UHGV virus genome: UHGV-0828925
DNA from: a virus
DNA length: 34,506 nt
Direction: 5' to 3' (one strand)
The notes under the pieces were generated by a model. The model had not been told where the DNA came from. It saw nothing but the letters and a program-made list of their open reading frames with translations, and did not search any database. The translations under genes and the position numbers were made by a program. This document shows positions 1 to 12,226 of this stretch, piece by piece (positions within the stretch are counted from its first letter, which is position 1; every line of letters starts with the position of its first letter).

Positions 1-11
1 TGGGGGCAACA

Positions 12-449
12 ATGAGCAGAGTAACCGCGATTATCTCCGCTCTGGTTATCTGCATCATCGTCTGCCTGTCATGGGCTGTTAATCATTACCGTGATAACGC
101 CATCTCCTACAAAGAGCAGCGCGATAAAGCCACATCCACAATCGCTGACATGCAGAAGCGTCAACGTGATGTAGCAGAACTTGACGCCAGATACACAAAG
201 GAGCTTGCTGATGCTAACGCGACTATCGAAAGTCTCCGTGCTGATGTTTCTGCTGGTCGTAAGCGCCTGCAAGTCGCCGCCACCTGTGCAAAGTCAACGA
301 CCGGAGCCAGCAGCATGGGCAATGGAGAAAGCCCAAGACTTACAGCAGATGCTGAACTCAATTATTACCGTCTCCGAAGTGGAATCGACAAGATAACCGC
401 GCAGGTTAACTACCTGCAGGAATACATCATGACGCAATGCCTGAAATGA
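12..449 (+). CDS. Rz: Rz-like i-spanin (inner-membrane spanin)
   Basis: 145 aa; N-terminal TM helix ([18 protein letters not shown]) followed by coiled-coil periplasmic domain; contains an embedded +1-frame lipoprotein ORF. Confidence 0.85.
   Translation: MSRVTAIISALVICIIVCLSWAVNHYRDNAISYKEQRDKATSTIADMQKRQRDVAELDARYTKELADANATIESLRADVSAGRKRLQVAATCAKSTTGASSMGNGESPRLTADAELNYYRLRSGIDKITAQVNYLQEYIMTQCLK
211..396 (+). CDS. Rz1: Rz1-like o-spanin (outer-membrane lipoprotein), embedded in Rz in the +1 frame
   Basis: ATG at 211 preceded by AAGGAG; lipobox LLVVSAC followed by proline-rich segment; the track ORF 181..396 begins with TTG, so the ATG at 211 is preferred. Confidence 0.75.
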   Translation: MLTRLSKVSVLMFLLVVSACKSPPPVQSQRPEPAAWAMEKAQDLQQMLNSIITVSEVESTR

Positions 450-484
450 TCGGGCGATGAAAACCAAAAAAACAGGAGCAATAC

Positions 485-760
485 ATGACTAAGCTTTATC
501 ACCGCATCTCAACTTTTCTCTCTGGTTGCTGGGCGTTTATCACGTCTATTTCGTTCGCCATCTTTAGTTTCGGTAGCACAGCGTGCTCGCTTAGTCGGGG
601 TCTGTGGCGTGCTATTTCAGCACTAGCGCCGAAATTTTTACCTGAAAAGGCTGTTTGGCGAATTGTAGAGCGAATGTGTAGTGAGAGCGTTCGCGAGAAG
701 ATTAACGTATTTGGACGTCATCCTCGAAATACAGGCGCATTGTGCAGTCCGTTACTGTAG
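485..760 (+). CDS. Hypothetical small hydrophobic Cys-containing protein
   Basis: 91-aa ORF with CAGGAG 6 nt upstream of ATG; hydrophobic N-terminal half; followed by a 7-bp-stem hairpin at about 778..799. Could be non-coding. Confidence 0.35.
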   Translation: MTKLYHRISTFLSGCWAFITSISFAIFSFGSTACSLSRGLWRAISALAPKFLPEKAVWRIVERMCSESVREKINVFGRHPRNTGALCSPLL

Positions 761-1054
761 TCATTACAAAGCCCATCTACGGGTGGGCTTGATAATGAAA
801 CCGGAATTTATTCTGGGAAACCAGTTACGGCAGTACCGCGAAACAACCCAAGCCAGTAAGTGGGGAAATAACACTGGCAGCCACTGAAAGATGAACCTCC
901 TGCCTTATGGCAAAAAAGATTCTTTGTGGTGGCGGACTGATGGAAAGACATCGGTTATTGCAGAGACCATTCAATGAGTGGTCTCGACAATGGCTTACAC
1001 CCTACACGGGATAACTTAACTGATATCCCTTTTAACGGATAAACGGAGCCAACA

Positions 1055-1297
1055 ATGGCAGAGATTATTCCCATGACTGAAGAACAGAAATTCCAGTTAG
1101 AGATTTACAAGCTGGTCATGAACCAGAACGCAGCCGCGGAGGAAGCATTTCAGTTCATTGGCACTGACGAGTTGAAGCTTGAGCTATTCAAAATTCACTT
1201 CCAGTCAGGCGGCGCTAATTCAGATATCACGACCCGCACTATCGAAGCGGTGCGTAAATCGAAGGAAGCGTTAGACCTGTTCACTACCGGAGCATGA
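1055..1297 (+). CDS. Hypothetical protein upstream of small terminase
   Basis: 80-aa ORF with ACGGAG SD; acidic helical protein; an 80-codon ORF occupies this position in P22 as I recall. Confidence 0.55.
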   Translation: MAEIIPMTEEQKFQLEIYKLVMNQNAAAEEAFQFIGTDELKLELFKIHFQSGGANSDITTRTIEAVRKSKEALDLFTTGA

Positions 1298-1332
1298 TGC
1301 TCAGCCTGAAATGACAACTAAGTGAGATGAAT

Positions 1333-1821
1333 ATGGCAGCACCAAAGGGCAACCGATTTTGGGAGGCCCGCAGTAGTCATGGGCGAAACCCTAAATTCGA
1401 ATCGCCCGAGGCGCTGTGGGCTGCTTGTTGTGAATACTTCGAGTGGGTTGAAGCTAACCCGCTATGGGAGATGAAGGCGTTCTCGTATCAGGGTGAAGTG
1501 ATACAAGAGCCTATCGCCAAGATGCGAGCGATGACCATTACCGGCCTCACTCTGTTCATTGATGTGACGCTTGAAACATGGCGCACATATCGCCTGCGAG
1601 AAGATTTATCTGAAGTCGTTACGCGAGCAGAACAGGTCATCTACGACCAGAAATTCTCTGGCGCAGCCGCTGACCTTCTCAACGCTAACATCATCGCCCG
1701 TGATTTGGGCCTCAAAGAGCAGTCGCAAGTTGAAGACGTGACACCTGATAAGGGAGATCGCGATAAGCGGCGCTCTCGTATCAAGGAGCTATTCAACCGT
1801 GGAACTGGACGCGATTCTTGA
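1333..1821 (+). CDS. gp3: Terminase small subunit (P22 gp3-like)
   Basis: Translation [22 protein letters not shown]... matches my recollection of P22 gp3 (162 aa); contains the P22 pac sequence; start taken at the second ATG (track ORF starts 6 nt earlier). Confidence 0.9.
   Translation: MAAPKGNRFWEARSSHGRNPKFESPEALWAACCEYFEWVEANPLWEMKAFSYQGEVIQEPIAKMRAMTITGLTLFIDVTLETWRTYRLREDLSEVVTRAEQVIYDQKFSGAAADLLNANIIARDLGLKEQSQVEDVTPDKGDRDKRRSRIKELFNRGTGRDS
1601..1622 (+). other. pac: pac site for headful packaging (P22-type), inside the small terminase gene
   Basis: Sequence AAGATTTATCTGAAGTCGTTAC read directly in the window; matches the P22 pac sequence as I remember it. Confidence 0.7.
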
Positions 1822-3298
1822 TAACCTGAGCGACGAAGAGCAAATCGAATTGCTCGAGCTACTCGAAGAAGAAGAGAACTACCGTAACACACACCTGCTA
1901 TATGAATTTACGCCATACAGCAAACAGCGTGAGTTCATCGACGCCGGGCATGACTATCCAGAGCGATGTTTTATGGCTGGTAACCAGCTTGGTAAGTCAT
2001 TTACTGGTGCTGCTGAAGTCGCGTTTCACCTTACCGGGCGTTATCCGGGCACAAAAGGCTATCCTGCTGATGGTAAATATGGCGGTGAGTGGAAAGGTAA
2101 GCGTTTCTATGAGCCTGTTGTCTTCTGGATTGGCGGCGAGACAAACGAGACGGTAACCAAAACGACTCAACGCATCCTGTGCGGTCGTATTGAAGAGAAT
2201 GATGAGCCGGGCTACGGTTCAATACCGAAAGAGGACATCATTAGCTGGAAGAAGTCTCCTTTCTTTCCGAACCTTGTTGATCATCTTCTGGTTAAGCATC
2301 ACACGGCTGATGGCGTTGAAGATGGCATTTCAATCTGCTACTTCAAGCCATACTCGCAAGGCCGTGCACGCTGGCAGGGTGACACAATCCACGGCGTGTG
2401 GTTTGACGAAGAACCACCATACAGCATTTATGGTGAAGGTCTTACCCGTACCAACAAATACGGGCAATTCTCAATTCTGACGTTTACCCCGCTGATGGGG
2501 ATGTCTGACGTTGTTACCAAGTTCCTGAAGAATCCCAGCAAGTCGCAGAAAGTGGTCAACATGACCATCTATGACGCTGAGCACTACACAGACGAACAGA
2601 AAGAGCAAATCATCGCATCCTATCCCGAGCATGAGAGAGAGGCGCGTGCTCGCGGTATTCCTACGATGGGTAGTGGTCGAATCTTCCAGATACCGGAAGA
2701 GACGATTAAGTGTCAGCCGTTCGAGTGTCCTGATCACTTCTACGTAATTGGCGGGATGGATTTCGGATGGGATCACCCACAGGCGCAGGTTCAGATTTGG
2801 TGGGATAAGGACGCAGACACAATCTACGTTTCACGCGTGTGGAAGGCGAAAGAAAAAACAGCCGTTCAGGCGTGGGGAGCCGTTAAATCATGGGCGCATA
2901 AAGTGCCAACCGCATGGCCTCATGACGGAAACCAGCACGAGAAGGGCGGCGGTGAGCAGCTCAAAGGGCAGTATGCAGATGCTGGTTTTATGATGTTACA
3001 GGAGCATGCGACATGGCCTGATGGCGGTAATGCTGTTGAGCCTGGCATCACTGAATTGCGCGACATGATGCTCGATGGTCGCTTCAAAGTATTCAACACC
3101 TGTGAGCCATTCTTTGAGGAGTTCCGCCTCTATCACCGTGATGAAAACGGGAAAATCGTCAAGCTTAACGACGACGTTCTCTCAGCCGTTCGCTATGCAT
3201 ACATGATGCGCCGCTTCGCAAAAATGATGCGCGACATCAAAAAACCAAAAGAGAAAAAGATACCAGCCCCAATCAGGCCCATCGCACGGAGAACTTAA
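1799..3298 (+). CDS. gp2: Terminase large subunit (P22 gp2-like)
   Basis: 499 aa, overlaps the end of gp3; length and position match P22 gp2; nuclease-domain-like acidic motifs in the C-terminal half. Confidence 0.92.
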   Translation: MELDAILDNLSDEEQIELLELLEEEENYRNTHLLYEFTPYSKQREFIDAGHDYPERCFMAGNQLGKSFTGAAEVAFHLTGRYPGTKGYPADGKYGGEWKGKRFYEPVVFWIGGETNETVTKTTQRILCGRIEENDEPGYGSIPKEDIISWKKSPFFPNLVDHLLVKHHTADGVEDGISICYFKPYSQGRARWQGDTIHGVWFDEEPPYSIYGEGLTRTNKYGQFSILTFTPLMGMSDVVTKFLKNPSKSQKVVNMTIYDAEHYTDEQKEQIIASYPEHEREARARGIPTMGSGRIFQIPEETIKCQPFECPDHFYVIGGMDFGWDHPQAQVQIWWDKDADTIYVSRVWKAKEKTAVQAWGAVKSWAHKVPTAWPHDGNQHEKGGGEQLKGQYADAGFMMLQEHATWPDGGNAVEPGITELRDMMLDGRFKVFNTCEPFFEEFRLYHRDENGKIVKLNDDVLSAVRYAYMMRRFAKMMRDIKKPKEKKIPAPIRPIARRT

Positions 3299-5464
3299 AT
3301 GGCCGACGAAAACAGACTCAATTCCATTCTGTGTAAGTTTGACGCGGACTGGATGGCGAGCGATGAAGCCAGAACCGAGGCGACAAATGACCTGTATTTT
3401 AGCCGAGTGTCGCAATGGGATGACTGGCTATCAAACTACACGACCCTGCAATATCGCGGACAATTCGATGTTGTTCGCCCGGTGGTCAGGAAGCTGGTCG
3501 CAGAGATGCGCCGGAATCCTATCGACGTTCTCTTCCGACCAAAAGACGGAGCTAATCCTGATGCTGCCGATGTGCTGATGGGGATGTATCGTACTGATAT
3601 GCGCCATAACACGGCAAAAATTGCCGTTAACGTTGGCGTTCGTGAGCAGATAGAGTCCGGCGTTGGTGCATGGCGTCTGGTCACGCAGTACGAAGACAAC
3701 GATCCAACAAGCAACAATCAGGTAATTCGACGCCTGCCAATTCATGAAGCCTGCTCACACGTCATATGGGACGCCAACAGCAAGCAGATGGATAAGAGCG
3801 ATGCTAAGCACTGCACGGTGATTAACGCCTTGTCACGCAATGGCTGGAAAGAGTTCGCAGAGGATTACGGTATTGATCCGGACACCTTACCATCTTTCCA
3901 GAATCCGAACGATACATGGCTGTTTCCGTGGGTATCGAATGATGTCGTCTACGTCGCTGAGTATTACGAGGTCGAAGAGAAGAAAGAGAAAGTCTTCATC
4001 TACCGCGATCCGCTGACAGGTGAGCCGGTCAGCTATTACCAGCAGGATATTAAAGACGTTATCGACGACCTGGCTAATCGTGGATTCATTAAGGTAGCAG
4101 AGCGCAAGGTGAAGCGTCGGCGTGTGTATAAGTCGATCATCACCTGCACGCAGATACTGAAAGACCGCGAGAAGATAGCCGGAGAGCATATTCCAATCGT
4201 TCCAGTGTATGGAGAATGGTCATTCGCTGGTGACAAGGAGTGCTACGAAGGAGTGGTAAGGCTGACGAAAGACGGTCAACGCCTTCGTAACATGATCATG
4301 TCGTTCAACGCCGATATCGTTGCTCGTTCACCGAAGAAGAAACCTACCTTCTTCCCTGAGCAAATCGAAGGCTACGAATACATGTACGGTGGAAATGATG
4401 ACTATCCGTACTATCTGCAGAACAGGACCGATGAAAACGGTAACGACCTGCCGATTGGTCCAATCTCCTACATGGAAAACCCTGAAGTGCCGCAAGCCAA
4501 CGCTTACATGCTTGAGGCTGCCACCAACGCAGTGAAAGAGGTGGCTAGTCTTGGCGTGGATGCGCAGGCGGCAAACTCTCAGGTCGCTTTCGATACCGTC
4601 AATCAACTGAACATGCGGGCAGACCTTGAGACATACGTGTTTCAGGATAACCTGGCTACCGCAATGCGACGCGATGGCGAGATTTATGCCTCAATGGTCA
4701 ATGATATTTATGACGTTCCTCGTCATGTAACGCTGACACTTGAAGATGGAAGCGAGAAAGACGTTCAACTCTATGCGCAAGTTGTCGATTACCAGTCCGG
4801 CAATGTGGTCACACTCAACGACATTCGCGGTCGCTATGAGTGCTATACAGACGTCGGACCATCCTTCCAGAGTATGAAGGAACAGAACCGCGCAGAGATT
4901 CAGGAGTTGCTCACCAAGGTTCCGCAAGGTACTCCAGAGTTCCAGATGCTGATGCTGCAATACTTCACGCTGCTTGACGGTAAAGGCGTCGAGATGATGC
5001 GAGAGTACGCGAACAAGCAACTGGCGATGATGGGGCTGAAGAAACCAGAAACACCTGAAGAGATGGAGATGGTGCAACAGGCACAACAACAGCCGCAGCA
5101 GCCATCAGCAGAGCAAATTCAGGCGCAGGGCATCCTTCTGCAAGGTCAGGCTGAATTGCTCAAGGCAGAGAACCAACAGGCGCAGATTCAGGTTGAAGCT
5201 GCCAAGGTTGAAGCTCAAAACCAACTTAACGCCGCGAAGATTGCAGAAATCTTCAACAATATGGACCTCGACAAGCAGGCAGAACTGCGTGAGTACCTCA
5301 AGCTAGTAGGTCAATTCCAGCAACAGCGCAGCAAAGATGCTCGTGCTAACGCTGAGCTGCTTCTTAAAGATGCAGACCAGACTCATTCACAACGCATGGA
5401 TTTCGCGAATCTTATGCGTCAAGTTCAAATCCCCTCCGGCGGAGTAGCCGAGACACCTCAATAA
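3299..5464 (+). CDS. gp1: Portal protein (P22 gp1-like)
   Basis: 721 aa, directly after large terminase; Q/A-rich coiled-coil C-terminal barrel region ([10 protein letters not shown]...[20 protein letters not shown]) typical of the P22 portal. Confidence 0.92.
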   Translation: MADENRLNSILCKFDADWMASDEARTEATNDLYFSRVSQWDDWLSNYTTLQYRGQFDVVRPVVRKLVAEMRRNPIDVLFRPKDGANPDAADVLMGMYRTDMRHNTAKIAVNVGVREQIESGVGAWRLVTQYEDNDPTSNNQVIRRLPIHEACSHVIWDANSKQMDKSDAKHCTVINALSRNGWKEFAEDYGIDPDTLPSFQNPNDTWLFPWVSNDVVYVAEYYEVEEKKEKVFIYRDPLTGEPVSYYQQDIKDVIDDLANRGFIKVAERKVKRRRVYKSIITCTQILKDREKIAGEHIPIVPVYGEWSFAGDKECYEGVVRLTKDGQRLRNMIMSFNADIVARSPKKKPTFFPEQIEGYEYMYGGNDDYPYYLQNRTDENGNDLPIGPISYMENPEVPQANAYMLEAATNAVKEVASLGVDAQAANSQVAFDTVNQLNMRADLETYVFQDNLATAMRRDGEIYASMVNDIYDVPRHVTLTLEDGSEKDVQLYAQVVDYQSGNVVTLNDIRGRYECYTDVGPSFQSMKEQNRAEIQELLTKVPQGTPEFQMLMLQYFTLLDGKGVEMMREYANKQLAMMGLKKPETPEEMEMVQQAQQQPQQPSAEQIQAQGILLQGQAELLKAENQQAQIQVEAAKVEAQNQLNAAKIAEIFNNMDLDKQAELREYLKLVGQFQQQRSKDARANAELLLKDADQTHSQRMDFANLMRQVQIPSGGVAETPQ

Positions 5465-5477
5465 GAGAGAGTTAATC

Positions 5478-6389
5478 ATGGACCAAACCACCGACATTCA
5501 GGCTTCTGAAGAATTAACCCTGCCCGGCAATCATGCAGCGGCATCTGCTGATGGCTTAGTTGTCGATAATGCCAACGACAACGCAGGTCAGGAAGAAGGC
5601 TTCGAGATTGTCCTGAAAGACGATGAGAAACCAAAACAAGACCCGGCAACTAATGCTGAATTTGCCCGTCGCCGCATCGAACGCAAACGCCAGCGTGAGC
5701 TTGAGCAGCAGATGGAAGCGGTTAAGCGTGGAGAGTTGCCGGAGCACCTGCGGGTGAACCCTGAGTTACCAAAACAACCAGACCCTAACGATTATCTTTC
5801 CGAAGACGCACTGGCTAAGTACGACTATGACCAGAGCCGCGCACTGGCTGCCTTCCAGCAGGCAAACAGTGAATGGCAGATCAAGGCTATGGACGCACGA
5901 AGCCGGGCTGTCGCCGAGCAGGGTCGCAAAACTCAGGAGTTCACCCAGCAATCAGCGCAATACGTCGAGGCAGCCCGTAAGCACTACGACGCAGCGGAAA
6001 AACTCAATATCCCTGACTATCAGGAGAAAGAGGATGCATTCATGCAACTGGTGCCGCCAGCAGTCGGTGCCGACATCATGCGCCTCTTCCCGGAGAAATC
6101 CGCCGCTCTCATGTATCACCTTGGTGCTAATCCTGAGAAAACACGCCAGTTGCTGGCGATGGACGGGCAATCCGCGCTGATTGAACTCACTCGACTGTCA
6201 GAACGTTTAACTCTCAAGCCTCGAGCAAAGCCTGTCTCAGAAGCCCCGTTACCTGATGAACCCATTCAGGGACACGCTGTTGCTGCAAATATCTCTGCGA
6301 TTGAAAAGCAGATGGAAGCGGCAGCAAACAAAGGTGATGTGGAGACATACCGCAAGCTCAAGGCGCAACTGAATAAAGGAATTCGATAA
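5478..6389 (+). CDS. gp8: Scaffolding protein (P22 gp8-like)
   Basis: 303 aa, acidic/helical, located between portal and coat; same length as P22 scaffold. Confidence 0.88.
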   Translation: MDQTTDIQASEELTLPGNHAAASADGLVVDNANDNAGQEEGFEIVLKDDEKPKQDPATNAEFARRRIERKRQRELEQQMEAVKRGELPEHLRVNPELPKQPDPNDYLSEDALAKYDYDQSRALAAFQQANSEWQIKAMDARSRAVAEQGRKTQEFTQQSAQYVEAARKHYDAAEKLNIPDYQEKEDAFMQLVPPAVGADIMRLFPEKSAALMYHLGANPEKTRQLLAMDGQSALIELTRLSERLTLKPRAKPVSEAPLPDEPIQGHAVAANISAIEKQMEAAANKGDVETYRKLKAQLNKGIR

Positions 6390-7684
6390 TGGCATTAAAT
6401 GAAGGTCAACTGGTCACGTATGCTCTGGATGAAATCATCGAAACAGTCCAGAACCTGACGCCAATGGCGTCCAAAGTGACAAAATACACCCCTCCGGCAG
6501 AATCCATGCAGCGTTCAAGCAACACCGTGTGGATGCCTGTTGAGCAGGAAGCGCCAACCCAGACTGGCTGGGATTTAACTGGCAACGCAACCGGGATTCT
6601 GGAACTCTCCGTGAAATGCAACATGGGCGATCCGGATAACGATTTCTTCGAGCTTCGTGCAGATGACCTGCGTGATGAGCGTTCTTACCGTCGTCGCATC
6701 CAGGCATCCGCCAAAAAACTGGCGAATAACATTGAGTCAGCAATTGCAAAACAGGCAACTGAAATGGGCTCGCTTGTTGTTCACGATACCCGCGCAATTG
6801 GTCCATCTACTGGCCTGTCTGGCTGGGATTTTGTGTCTGATGCAGAGCGCCTGATGTTCTCCCGTGAGCTAAACCGCGATATGGGCATCAGTTACTTCCT
6901 GAACCCTGACGATTACCGCAAAGCAGGCCGCAACCTGGTAGATGGTGACATCTTCGGGCGCGTTACTGAAGACGCGTATCACAACGGTACTATTCAGCGT
7001 CAGATTGCTGGCTTTGATGAAATTCTTCGCTCACCGAAACTTCCGGCAGTTACCAAGTCAACCGCTACTGGTGTAACTGTTTCTGGTGCGCAGAAGTTTA
7101 AGCCGCAGGCATACACCCTTGATACCGATGGTAACAAAGAGAACGTCGACAACCGTGTTGCAACGGTGACCGTATCCTCCACCACCGGATTTAAGCGCGG
7201 CGACAAAATCAGCTTCACTGGTGTGAAATTCCTGTCTCAGATGGCGAAGAACGTGCTGACTGATGATGCGACTTTCTCAATCACCCGTGTGATCGATGGT
7301 ACTCACATCGAAATCACGCCGAAACCGATTGCACTGGATGACGCGTCACTGACAAAAGAAGAGAAGGCTTACGCTAATGTAAACACATCTCTTGCTGATA
7401 CCACTCCGGTAAACGTTCTGAACGTGGCAACAACCACCGCTAACGTGTTCTGGGCTGATGACTCAATCCGTCTGCTGTCTCAGCCGATCCCGGTAACCCA
7501 TGAACTGTTTGCTGGTATGAAAACGTCTTCCTTCAGCATTCCTGGTATTGGTGTTAACGGTATCTTCGCAACGCAGGGTGATATCAACACTCTGTCTGGT
7601 AAGTGCCGTATTGCTGTGTGGTATTCAGCATGTGCTGTACGACCAGAGGCAATTGGTGTTGGTCTGCCTAACCAGACCGCGTGA
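6389..7684 (+). CDS. gp5: Major coat protein (P22 gp5-like)
   Basis: 431 aa beginning [23 protein letters not shown]; position and length as P22 coat; followed by a strong terminator. Confidence 0.92.
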   Translation: MALNEGQLVTYALDEIIETVQNLTPMASKVTKYTPPAESMQRSSNTVWMPVEQEAPTQTGWDLTGNATGILELSVKCNMGDPDNDFFELRADDLRDERSYRRRIQASAKKLANNIESAIAKQATEMGSLVVHDTRAIGPSTGLSGWDFVSDAERLMFSRELNRDMGISYFLNPDDYRKAGRNLVDGDIFGRVTEDAYHNGTIQRQIAGFDEILRSPKLPAVTKSTATGVTVSGAQKFKPQAYTLDTDGNKENVDNRVATVTVSSTTGFKRGDKISFTGVKFLSQMAKNVLTDDATFSITRVIDGTHIEITPKPIALDDASLTKEEKAYANVNTSLADTTPVNVLNVATTTANVFWADDSIRLLSQPIPVTHELFAGMKTSSFSIPGIGVNGIFATQGDINTLSGKCRIAVWYSACAVRPEAIGVGLPNQTA

Positions 7685-7690
7685 TAACCA

Positions 7691-7716
7691 GAGGGAGCTT
7701 CGGCTCCCTTTTCTAT
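7691..7716 (+). terminator. Rho-independent terminator after coat gene
   Basis: GAGGGAGC-TTCG-GCTCCCTT hairpin followed by TTTCTATT immediately 3' of the coat stop codon. Confidence 0.7.
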
Positions 7717-7727
7717 TGGAGATACCA

Positions 7728-8321
7728 ATGAGCGTAATGATTTTTCAGGCTGGCGGAGATACCAAAATCTGGGGGCGCAAGCTGAAAACGAAAACCGTTG
7801 ATCCTGATGATGTAGCTGTGCACTTAGCAAATGGCTGGTATAAGCACCCTGACGATGTTCCTGATGATTCTCTTGTTGGTGATCAAATTGGGAGTGTTGG
7901 CGGAGGTGAGACTTCCCCAGTTGATATGGGCGAAGTGTCCGACGGTTATCACACTTTTAACGAGCTTTACGCTCACCGAGTGCGCCTCTTCTCATCTCTG
8001 ATGCATGCTTACGCTGAGCTTTCGTGGTGGTCTCGCAAACACAGTGACGGTGAAGAGTGGGATGGCTGGATCATTGCTGGTATCACCACTCCAGAAGGCG
8101 AAATCACTTATCACCTACCTGTTGAAGAAATCGAGTTCCTTCCTGAAGGTACTGAGCTTGAGTTCGGGAAAGAGTGGGATGGTCATGAAGCAAATGATGT
8201 TCTTGGACGACTCCTGAGTTTGCGTCCGGCTATTGCAGAGCCAGAGCCAGAAGAAAAACAGCGTAAAAAGCCTGGTCGAAAACCTAAGGCGGCAGCAGAT
8301 GAACCTGACAACGAAGGGTGA
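7728..8321 (+). CDS. Hypothetical acidic protein between coat and gp4
   Basis: ATG at 7728 with GGAGA SD 8 nt upstream (in frame with track ORF 7548..8321, whose upstream part overlaps coat); about 197 aa, Asp/Glu-rich with a lysine-rich C-terminus. Confidence 0.55.
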   Translation: MSVMIFQAGGDTKIWGRKLKTKTVDPDDVAVHLANGWYKHPDDVPDDSLVGDQIGSVGGGETSPVDMGEVSDGYHTFNELYAHRVRLFSSLMHAYAELSWWSRKHSDGEEWDGWIIAGITTPEGEITYHLPVEEIEFLPEGTELEFGKEWDGHEANDVLGRLLSLRPAIAEPEPEEKQRKKPGRKPKAAADEPDNEG

Positions 8322-8799
8322 TTTAGTTCTTGCGGCATTACGTAAGCTCGGTGTGGCATCAAATGCCACGTTAACCGATGTAGAACCGCAGTCTATGGAA
8401 GACGGCGTCAACGACCTTGAAATGATGATGGCTGAATGGCTTGGCGGTGATGTGTCACCTGGTATCAACGTTGGCTACATTTTCGCTGATGCAGATGTCG
8501 CTCCAGAACCGGGCGATGAGCACGGTTTATCAAATAACGCTATCAATGCCGTCATTTTCAACCTTGCCTGCCGCATTGCTCCAGATTATGCGCTGGAAGC
8601 GCCAGCAAAACTTATAACCACTGCCAGATACGGGAAAGAGCGACTCGTCAAACTGTCTGCAATGGACAGAGCAAAAGCCGCTAAATGTAAGTCCGGTTAT
8701 CCAAACCGTATGCCTGTTGGTAGCGGTAACCAGTTGGCGAAGTGGAATGGTTGGAATTACTTCCACCGGAAGGAACCTTGCGATAACGGGGGCGAATAA
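8299..8799 (+). CDS. gp4: Head-to-tail adaptor / head completion protein (P22 gp4-like)
   Basis: Internal ATG at 8299 of track ORF 8233..8799 gives 166 aa, the P22 gp4 length; sits directly before gp10. Confidence 0.75.
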   Translation: MNLTTKGDLVLAALRKLGVASNATLTDVEPQSMEDGVNDLEMMMAEWLGGDVSPGINVGYIFADADVAPEPGDEHGLSNNAINAVIFNLACRIAPDYALEAPAKLITTARYGKERLVKLSAMDRAKAAKCKSGYPNRMPVGSGNQLAKWNGWNYFHRKEPCDNGGE

Positions 8800-10218
8800 A
8801 TGCCTATTCAGCAACTTCCGCTTATGAAAGGTGTCGGCAAAGACTTCCGAAATGCCGACTATATCGACTATCTGCCAGTGAATATGCTGGCTACACCCAA
8901 AGAAATCCTCAACAGCAGCGGATATCTTCGCTCATTCCCGGGCATTGCTAAACGTTCTGATGTGAACGGTGTATCTCGAGGCGTCGAGTACAACATGGCG
9001 CAGAATGCTGTTTATCGTGTGTGTGGTGGCAAGCTGTACAAAGGAGAAAGTGAAGTCGGTGACGTTGCCGGAAGTGGTCGCGTATCAATGGCGCATGGTC
9101 GGACATCACAGGCGGTAGGCGTTAATGGTCAACTGGTCGAGTATCGTTATGATGGCACGGTTAAAACCGTCTCAAACTGGCCTACAGACAGCGGATTCAC
9201 GCAGTATGAGTTAGGCTCAGTCCGCGACATTACGCGCTTACGTGGGCGTTATGCGTGGTCAAAAGACGGCACTGATTCATGGTTTATCACTGACCTTGAA
9301 GACGAATCGCATCCTGACCGCTACAGCGCACAATATCGTGCCGAGTCGCAGCCTGACGGCATCATCGGAATCGGAACATGGCGAGACTTCATCGTCTGCT
9401 TTGGTTCATCGACGATTGAATATTTCTCCCTGACTGGCGCAACCACCGTTGGTGCTGCTTTGTATGTCGCACAGCCATCACTGATGGTGCAAAAAGGAAT
9501 AGCCGGAACCTACTGCAAAACGTCGTTTGCTGATTCTTATGCATTTATCAGCAATCCGGCAACAGGTGCGCCGTCTGTGTATATCATCGGCTCCGGTCAG
9601 GTATCACCAATCGCCAGCGCGAGCATTGAGAAAATCCTCCGCTCCTACACTGCTGATGAACTGGCTGATGGTGTGATGGAATCGCTGCGATTTGATGCTC
9701 ATGAGTTGCTGATTATCCACCTTCCGCGCCATGTTCTCGTGTACGACGCATCTTCAAGCGCCAATGGTCCGCAATGGTGTGTACTGAAAACAGGCCTGTA
9801 TGACGATGTGTACCGCGCTATCGACTTCATTTACGAAGGCAACCAAATAACGTGCGGCGATAAGCTTGAATCGATGACAGGGAAATTGCAGTTCGATATC
9901 AGCAGCCAGTACGACAAGCAACAGGAACACCTGCTGTTTACTCCGTTGTTCAAAGCAGATAACGCCAGAGTTTTCGACCTTGAAGTTGAGTCGTCAACTG
10001 GCGTTGCGCAGTATGCTGACCGCCTGTTCCTCTCTGCAACCACTGACGGCATAAATTATGGGCGTGAGCAGATGATTGAGCAGAATGAACCGTTCGTTTA
10101 CGACAAACGCGTTTTGTGGAAACGAGTAGGGCGCATCAGGAAAAACATTGGTTTCAAATTGCGCGTTATCACGAAGTCACCTGTCACTCTGTCTGGCTGC
10201 CAGATAAGGATTGAGTAA
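8800..10218 (+). CDS. gp10: Tail hub / head completion protein (P22 gp10-like)
   Basis: 472 aa, same length and position as P22 gp10. Confidence 0.88.
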   Translation: MPIQQLPLMKGVGKDFRNADYIDYLPVNMLATPKEILNSSGYLRSFPGIAKRSDVNGVSRGVEYNMAQNAVYRVCGGKLYKGESEVGDVAGSGRVSMAHGRTSQAVGVNGQLVEYRYDGTVKTVSNWPTDSGFTQYELGSVRDITRLRGRYAWSKDGTDSWFITDLEDESHPDRYSAQYRAESQPDGIIGIGTWRDFIVCFGSSTIEYFSLTGATTVGAALYVAQPSLMVQKGIAGTYCKTSFADSYAFISNPATGAPSVYIIGSGQVSPIASASIEKILRSYTADELADGVMESLRFDAHELLIIHLPRHVLVYDASSSANGPQWCVLKTGLYDDVYRAIDFIYEGNQITCGDKLESMTGKLQFDISSQYDKQQEHLLFTPLFKADNARVFDLEVESSTGVAQYADRLFLSATTDGINYGREQMIEQNEPFVYDKRVLWKRVGRIRKNIGFKLRVITKSPVTLSGCQIRIE

Positions 10219-11066
10219 TGGCGGATTCGAATCTCAATGTGCCGGTAATCATTCAGGCTACACGGCTAGACACATCAGTCCTTCCACGCAATATCTTCTC
10301 GCAGTCGTATCTGCTTTACGTTATCGCACAGGGCACTGATGTTGGTAACGTGGCTAACAAAGCCAACGAGGCCGGACAGGGCGCTTATGATGCACAGGTC
10401 AGGAACGATGAGCAGGATGTGATTCTCGCTGACCATGAGCAGCGAATTTCTGCTGCGGAAGCAACGCTTGTTAATCATGAGGAGCGAATCAGCCAGGCAG
10501 AATCAACTCTTCAGGACCATGAAACACGAATAGCTCAGAATGAAAGCGATATTTCGTCGCTTGACACAAGAGTTCAGTCGCTGGAATCGCAGGTTTCAGA
10601 CCATGAAACGCGCATCGATGCTCTGGAGTATGCCACTACTCGCAAGAAGTCGGAGGTTGTTTACTCTGGCGTATCTGTAACCATCCCGACAGCGCCGACC
10701 AACCTTGTTAGCCTACTGAAAACGCTCACGCCGTCATCCGGCTCGTTGGCACCATTCTTCGACACCGTTAACAACAAGATGGTTGTGTTCAACGAGAACA
10801 AAACCTTGTTCTTCAAGCTGTCGATCGTCGGGACGTGGCCCAGCGGAACCGCCAACAGGTCAATGCAGCTAACCTTTTCCGGCTCTGTTCCTGACACACT
10901 GGTAAGCAGTCGTAACTCGGCTACAACAACCGATAACATCCTGTTAGCTACGTTTTTCAGCGTGGATAAAGACGGCTTTCTTGCCACAAATGGCAGCACG
11001 TTAACCATTCAGTCAAATGGTGCGGCGTTTACTGCCACAACCATCAAGATAATCGCGGAGCAGTAA
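10218..11066 (+). CDS. gp26: Tail needle protein (gp26-like) with C-terminal extension
   Basis: 282 aa; N-terminal [14 protein letters not shown] plug motif, long trimeric coiled coil with repeated DHE(T/Q)RI heptads, plus about 50 extra C-terminal residues relative to P22 gp26 (233 aa), as in knob-bearing needles of Sf6-type phages. Confidence 0.85.
   Translation: MADSNLNVPVIIQATRLDTSVLPRNIFSQSYLLYVIAQGTDVGNVANKANEAGQGAYDAQVRNDEQDVILADHEQRISAAEATLVNHEERISQAESTLQDHETRIAQNESDISSLDTRVQSLESQVSDHETRIDALEYATTRKKSEVVYSGVSVTIPTAPTNLVSLLKTLTPSSGSLAPFFDTVNNKMVVFNENKTLFFKLSIVGTWPSGTANRSMQLTFSGSVPDTLVSSRNSATTTDNILLATFFSVDKDGFLATNGSTLTIQSNGAAFTATTIKIIAEQ
10431..10630 (+). repeat. Coding tandem repeats (heptad-encoding) in the tail needle gene
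   Basis: Reiterated GACCATGA(G/A)... units encoding DHEQRIS / NHEERIS / DHETRIA / DHETRID. Confidence 0.7.
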
Positions 11067-11521
11067 TGATTCAGTTCAAACCAACGCGAAACATCGACCT
11101 GATCGAAGCAGTCGGAAATCACCCTGACATTATTGCCGGAAGCAACAATGGTGATGGATACGATTACAAGCCTGAATGCCGTTACTTTGAGGTTAACGTG
11201 CACGGTCAGTTTGGCGGCATTGTTTACTATCAGGAGATTCAGCCGCTAACCTTTGATTGCCACGCCATGTACCTGCCAGAGATTCGCGGCTTCAGCAAGG
11301 AAATCGGGCTGGCGTTCTGGCGATACATTCTGACTAACACCACCGTTCAGTGCGTCACATCGTTCGCTGCACGCAAATTCCGCCACGGGCAGATGTACTG
11401 CGCAATGATTGGCCTTAAGCGTGTAGGAACCATCAAGAAATACTTCAAAGGCGTGGATGACGTGACATTTTACAGTGCTACACGCGAAGAACTAATCGAC
11501 TTCCTGAATCACGGGAGATAG
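11066..11521 (+). CDS. gp14: P22 gene 14-position protein (virion assembly / ejection accessory)
   Basis: 151 aa ORF between needle and gp7, start overlapping the needle stop; assignment by position only. Confidence 0.65.
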   Translation: MIQFKPTRNIDLIEAVGNHPDIIAGSNNGDGYDYKPECRYFEVNVHGQFGGIVYYQEIQPLTFDCHAMYLPEIRGFSKEIGLAFWRYILTNTTVQCVTSFAARKFRHGQMYCAMIGLKRVGTIKKYFKGVDDVTFYSATREELIDFLNHGR

Positions 11522-11523
11522 CC

Positions 11524-12216
11524 ATGTTATATGCATTTAAGCTGGGCAGAAAACTGCGCGGCGAGGAACCTTATTGCCCTGAAAAAGGCGGGAAAGGTGG
11601 CAGCTCTGATAAAAGCGCAAAGTATGCAGCAGAAACCCAGAAGTATGCCGCAGACCTGCAAAATCAGCAGTTCAACACCATCATGAATAACCTGAAGCCG
11701 TTTACTCCTCTGGCTGAGAAATATGTCGGCAGCCTCGAGAACTTATCGTCTCTGGAGGGGCAAGGTCAGGCACTTAACCAGTATTATAACTCTCAGCAGT
11801 ATAAAGACCTTGCAGGTCAGGCTCGCTATCAGAGTCTGGCGGCAGCGGAAGCAACAGGTGGATTGGGTTCCACTGCAACCGGTAATCAGTTAGCAACAAT
11901 CGCACCAACGCTTGGTCAGCAATGGCTATCTGGTCAGATGAACAACTACCAGAATCTGGCAAATATTGGTCTTGGCGCACTGCAAGGTCAGGCAAACGCC
12001 GGGCAAACATATGCCAACAATATGAGTCAGATTTCGCAGCAAAGTGCGGCTCTTGCAGCGGCAAATGCCAACAGACCGTCAGCATTGCAGCAGGGTGTTA
12101 GTGGTGCTGCATCCGGTGCGCTTTTGGGTGGTGGCATAGCCAGTGCTCTCGAGCTATCAACTCCGTGGGGTGCTGGTATCGGTGCTGGTCTTGGTCTGCT
12201 TGGTTCACTGTTTTAA
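11524..12216 (+). CDS. gp7: Ejection (internal virion) protein gp7-like
   Basis: 230 aa, Gly/Ala/Gln-rich low-complexity C-terminal half; position and length match P22 gp7. Confidence 0.85.
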   Translation: MLYAFKLGRKLRGEEPYCPEKGGKGGSSDKSAKYAAETQKYAADLQNQQFNTIMNNLKPFTPLAEKYVGSLENLSSLEGQGQALNQYYNSQQYKDLAGQARYQSLAAAEATGGLGSTATGNQLATIAPTLGQQWLSGQMNNYQNLANIGLGALQGQANAGQTYANNMSQISQQSAALAAANANRPSALQQGVSGAASGALLGGGIASALELSTPWGAGIGAGLGLLGSLF

Positions 12217-12226
12217 GGGTTAATCA

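Noticed and set aside
69-361. Minus-strand ORFs 69..272 and 161..361 inside Rz
   Set aside because: Antisense shadow ORFs within a well-supported spanin gene; no SD; the embedded real gene is the plus-strand Rz1.
1641-5089. Multiple track ORFs on either strand overlapping terminase and portal genes (e.g. 1641..1892 -, 2031..2222 -, 2471..2776 -, 3431..3745 -, 4691..5089 -)
   Set aside because: All lie within long, conserved structural genes in other frames; typical of random ORFs in moderate-GC coding DNA.
10431-10630. Possible CRISPR array or other non-coding tandem repeats (also O gene 33878..34010)
   Set aside because: Repeats are in-frame coding heptads (needle coiled coil) or replication iterons inside O; no repeat-spacer architecture and no cas genes.
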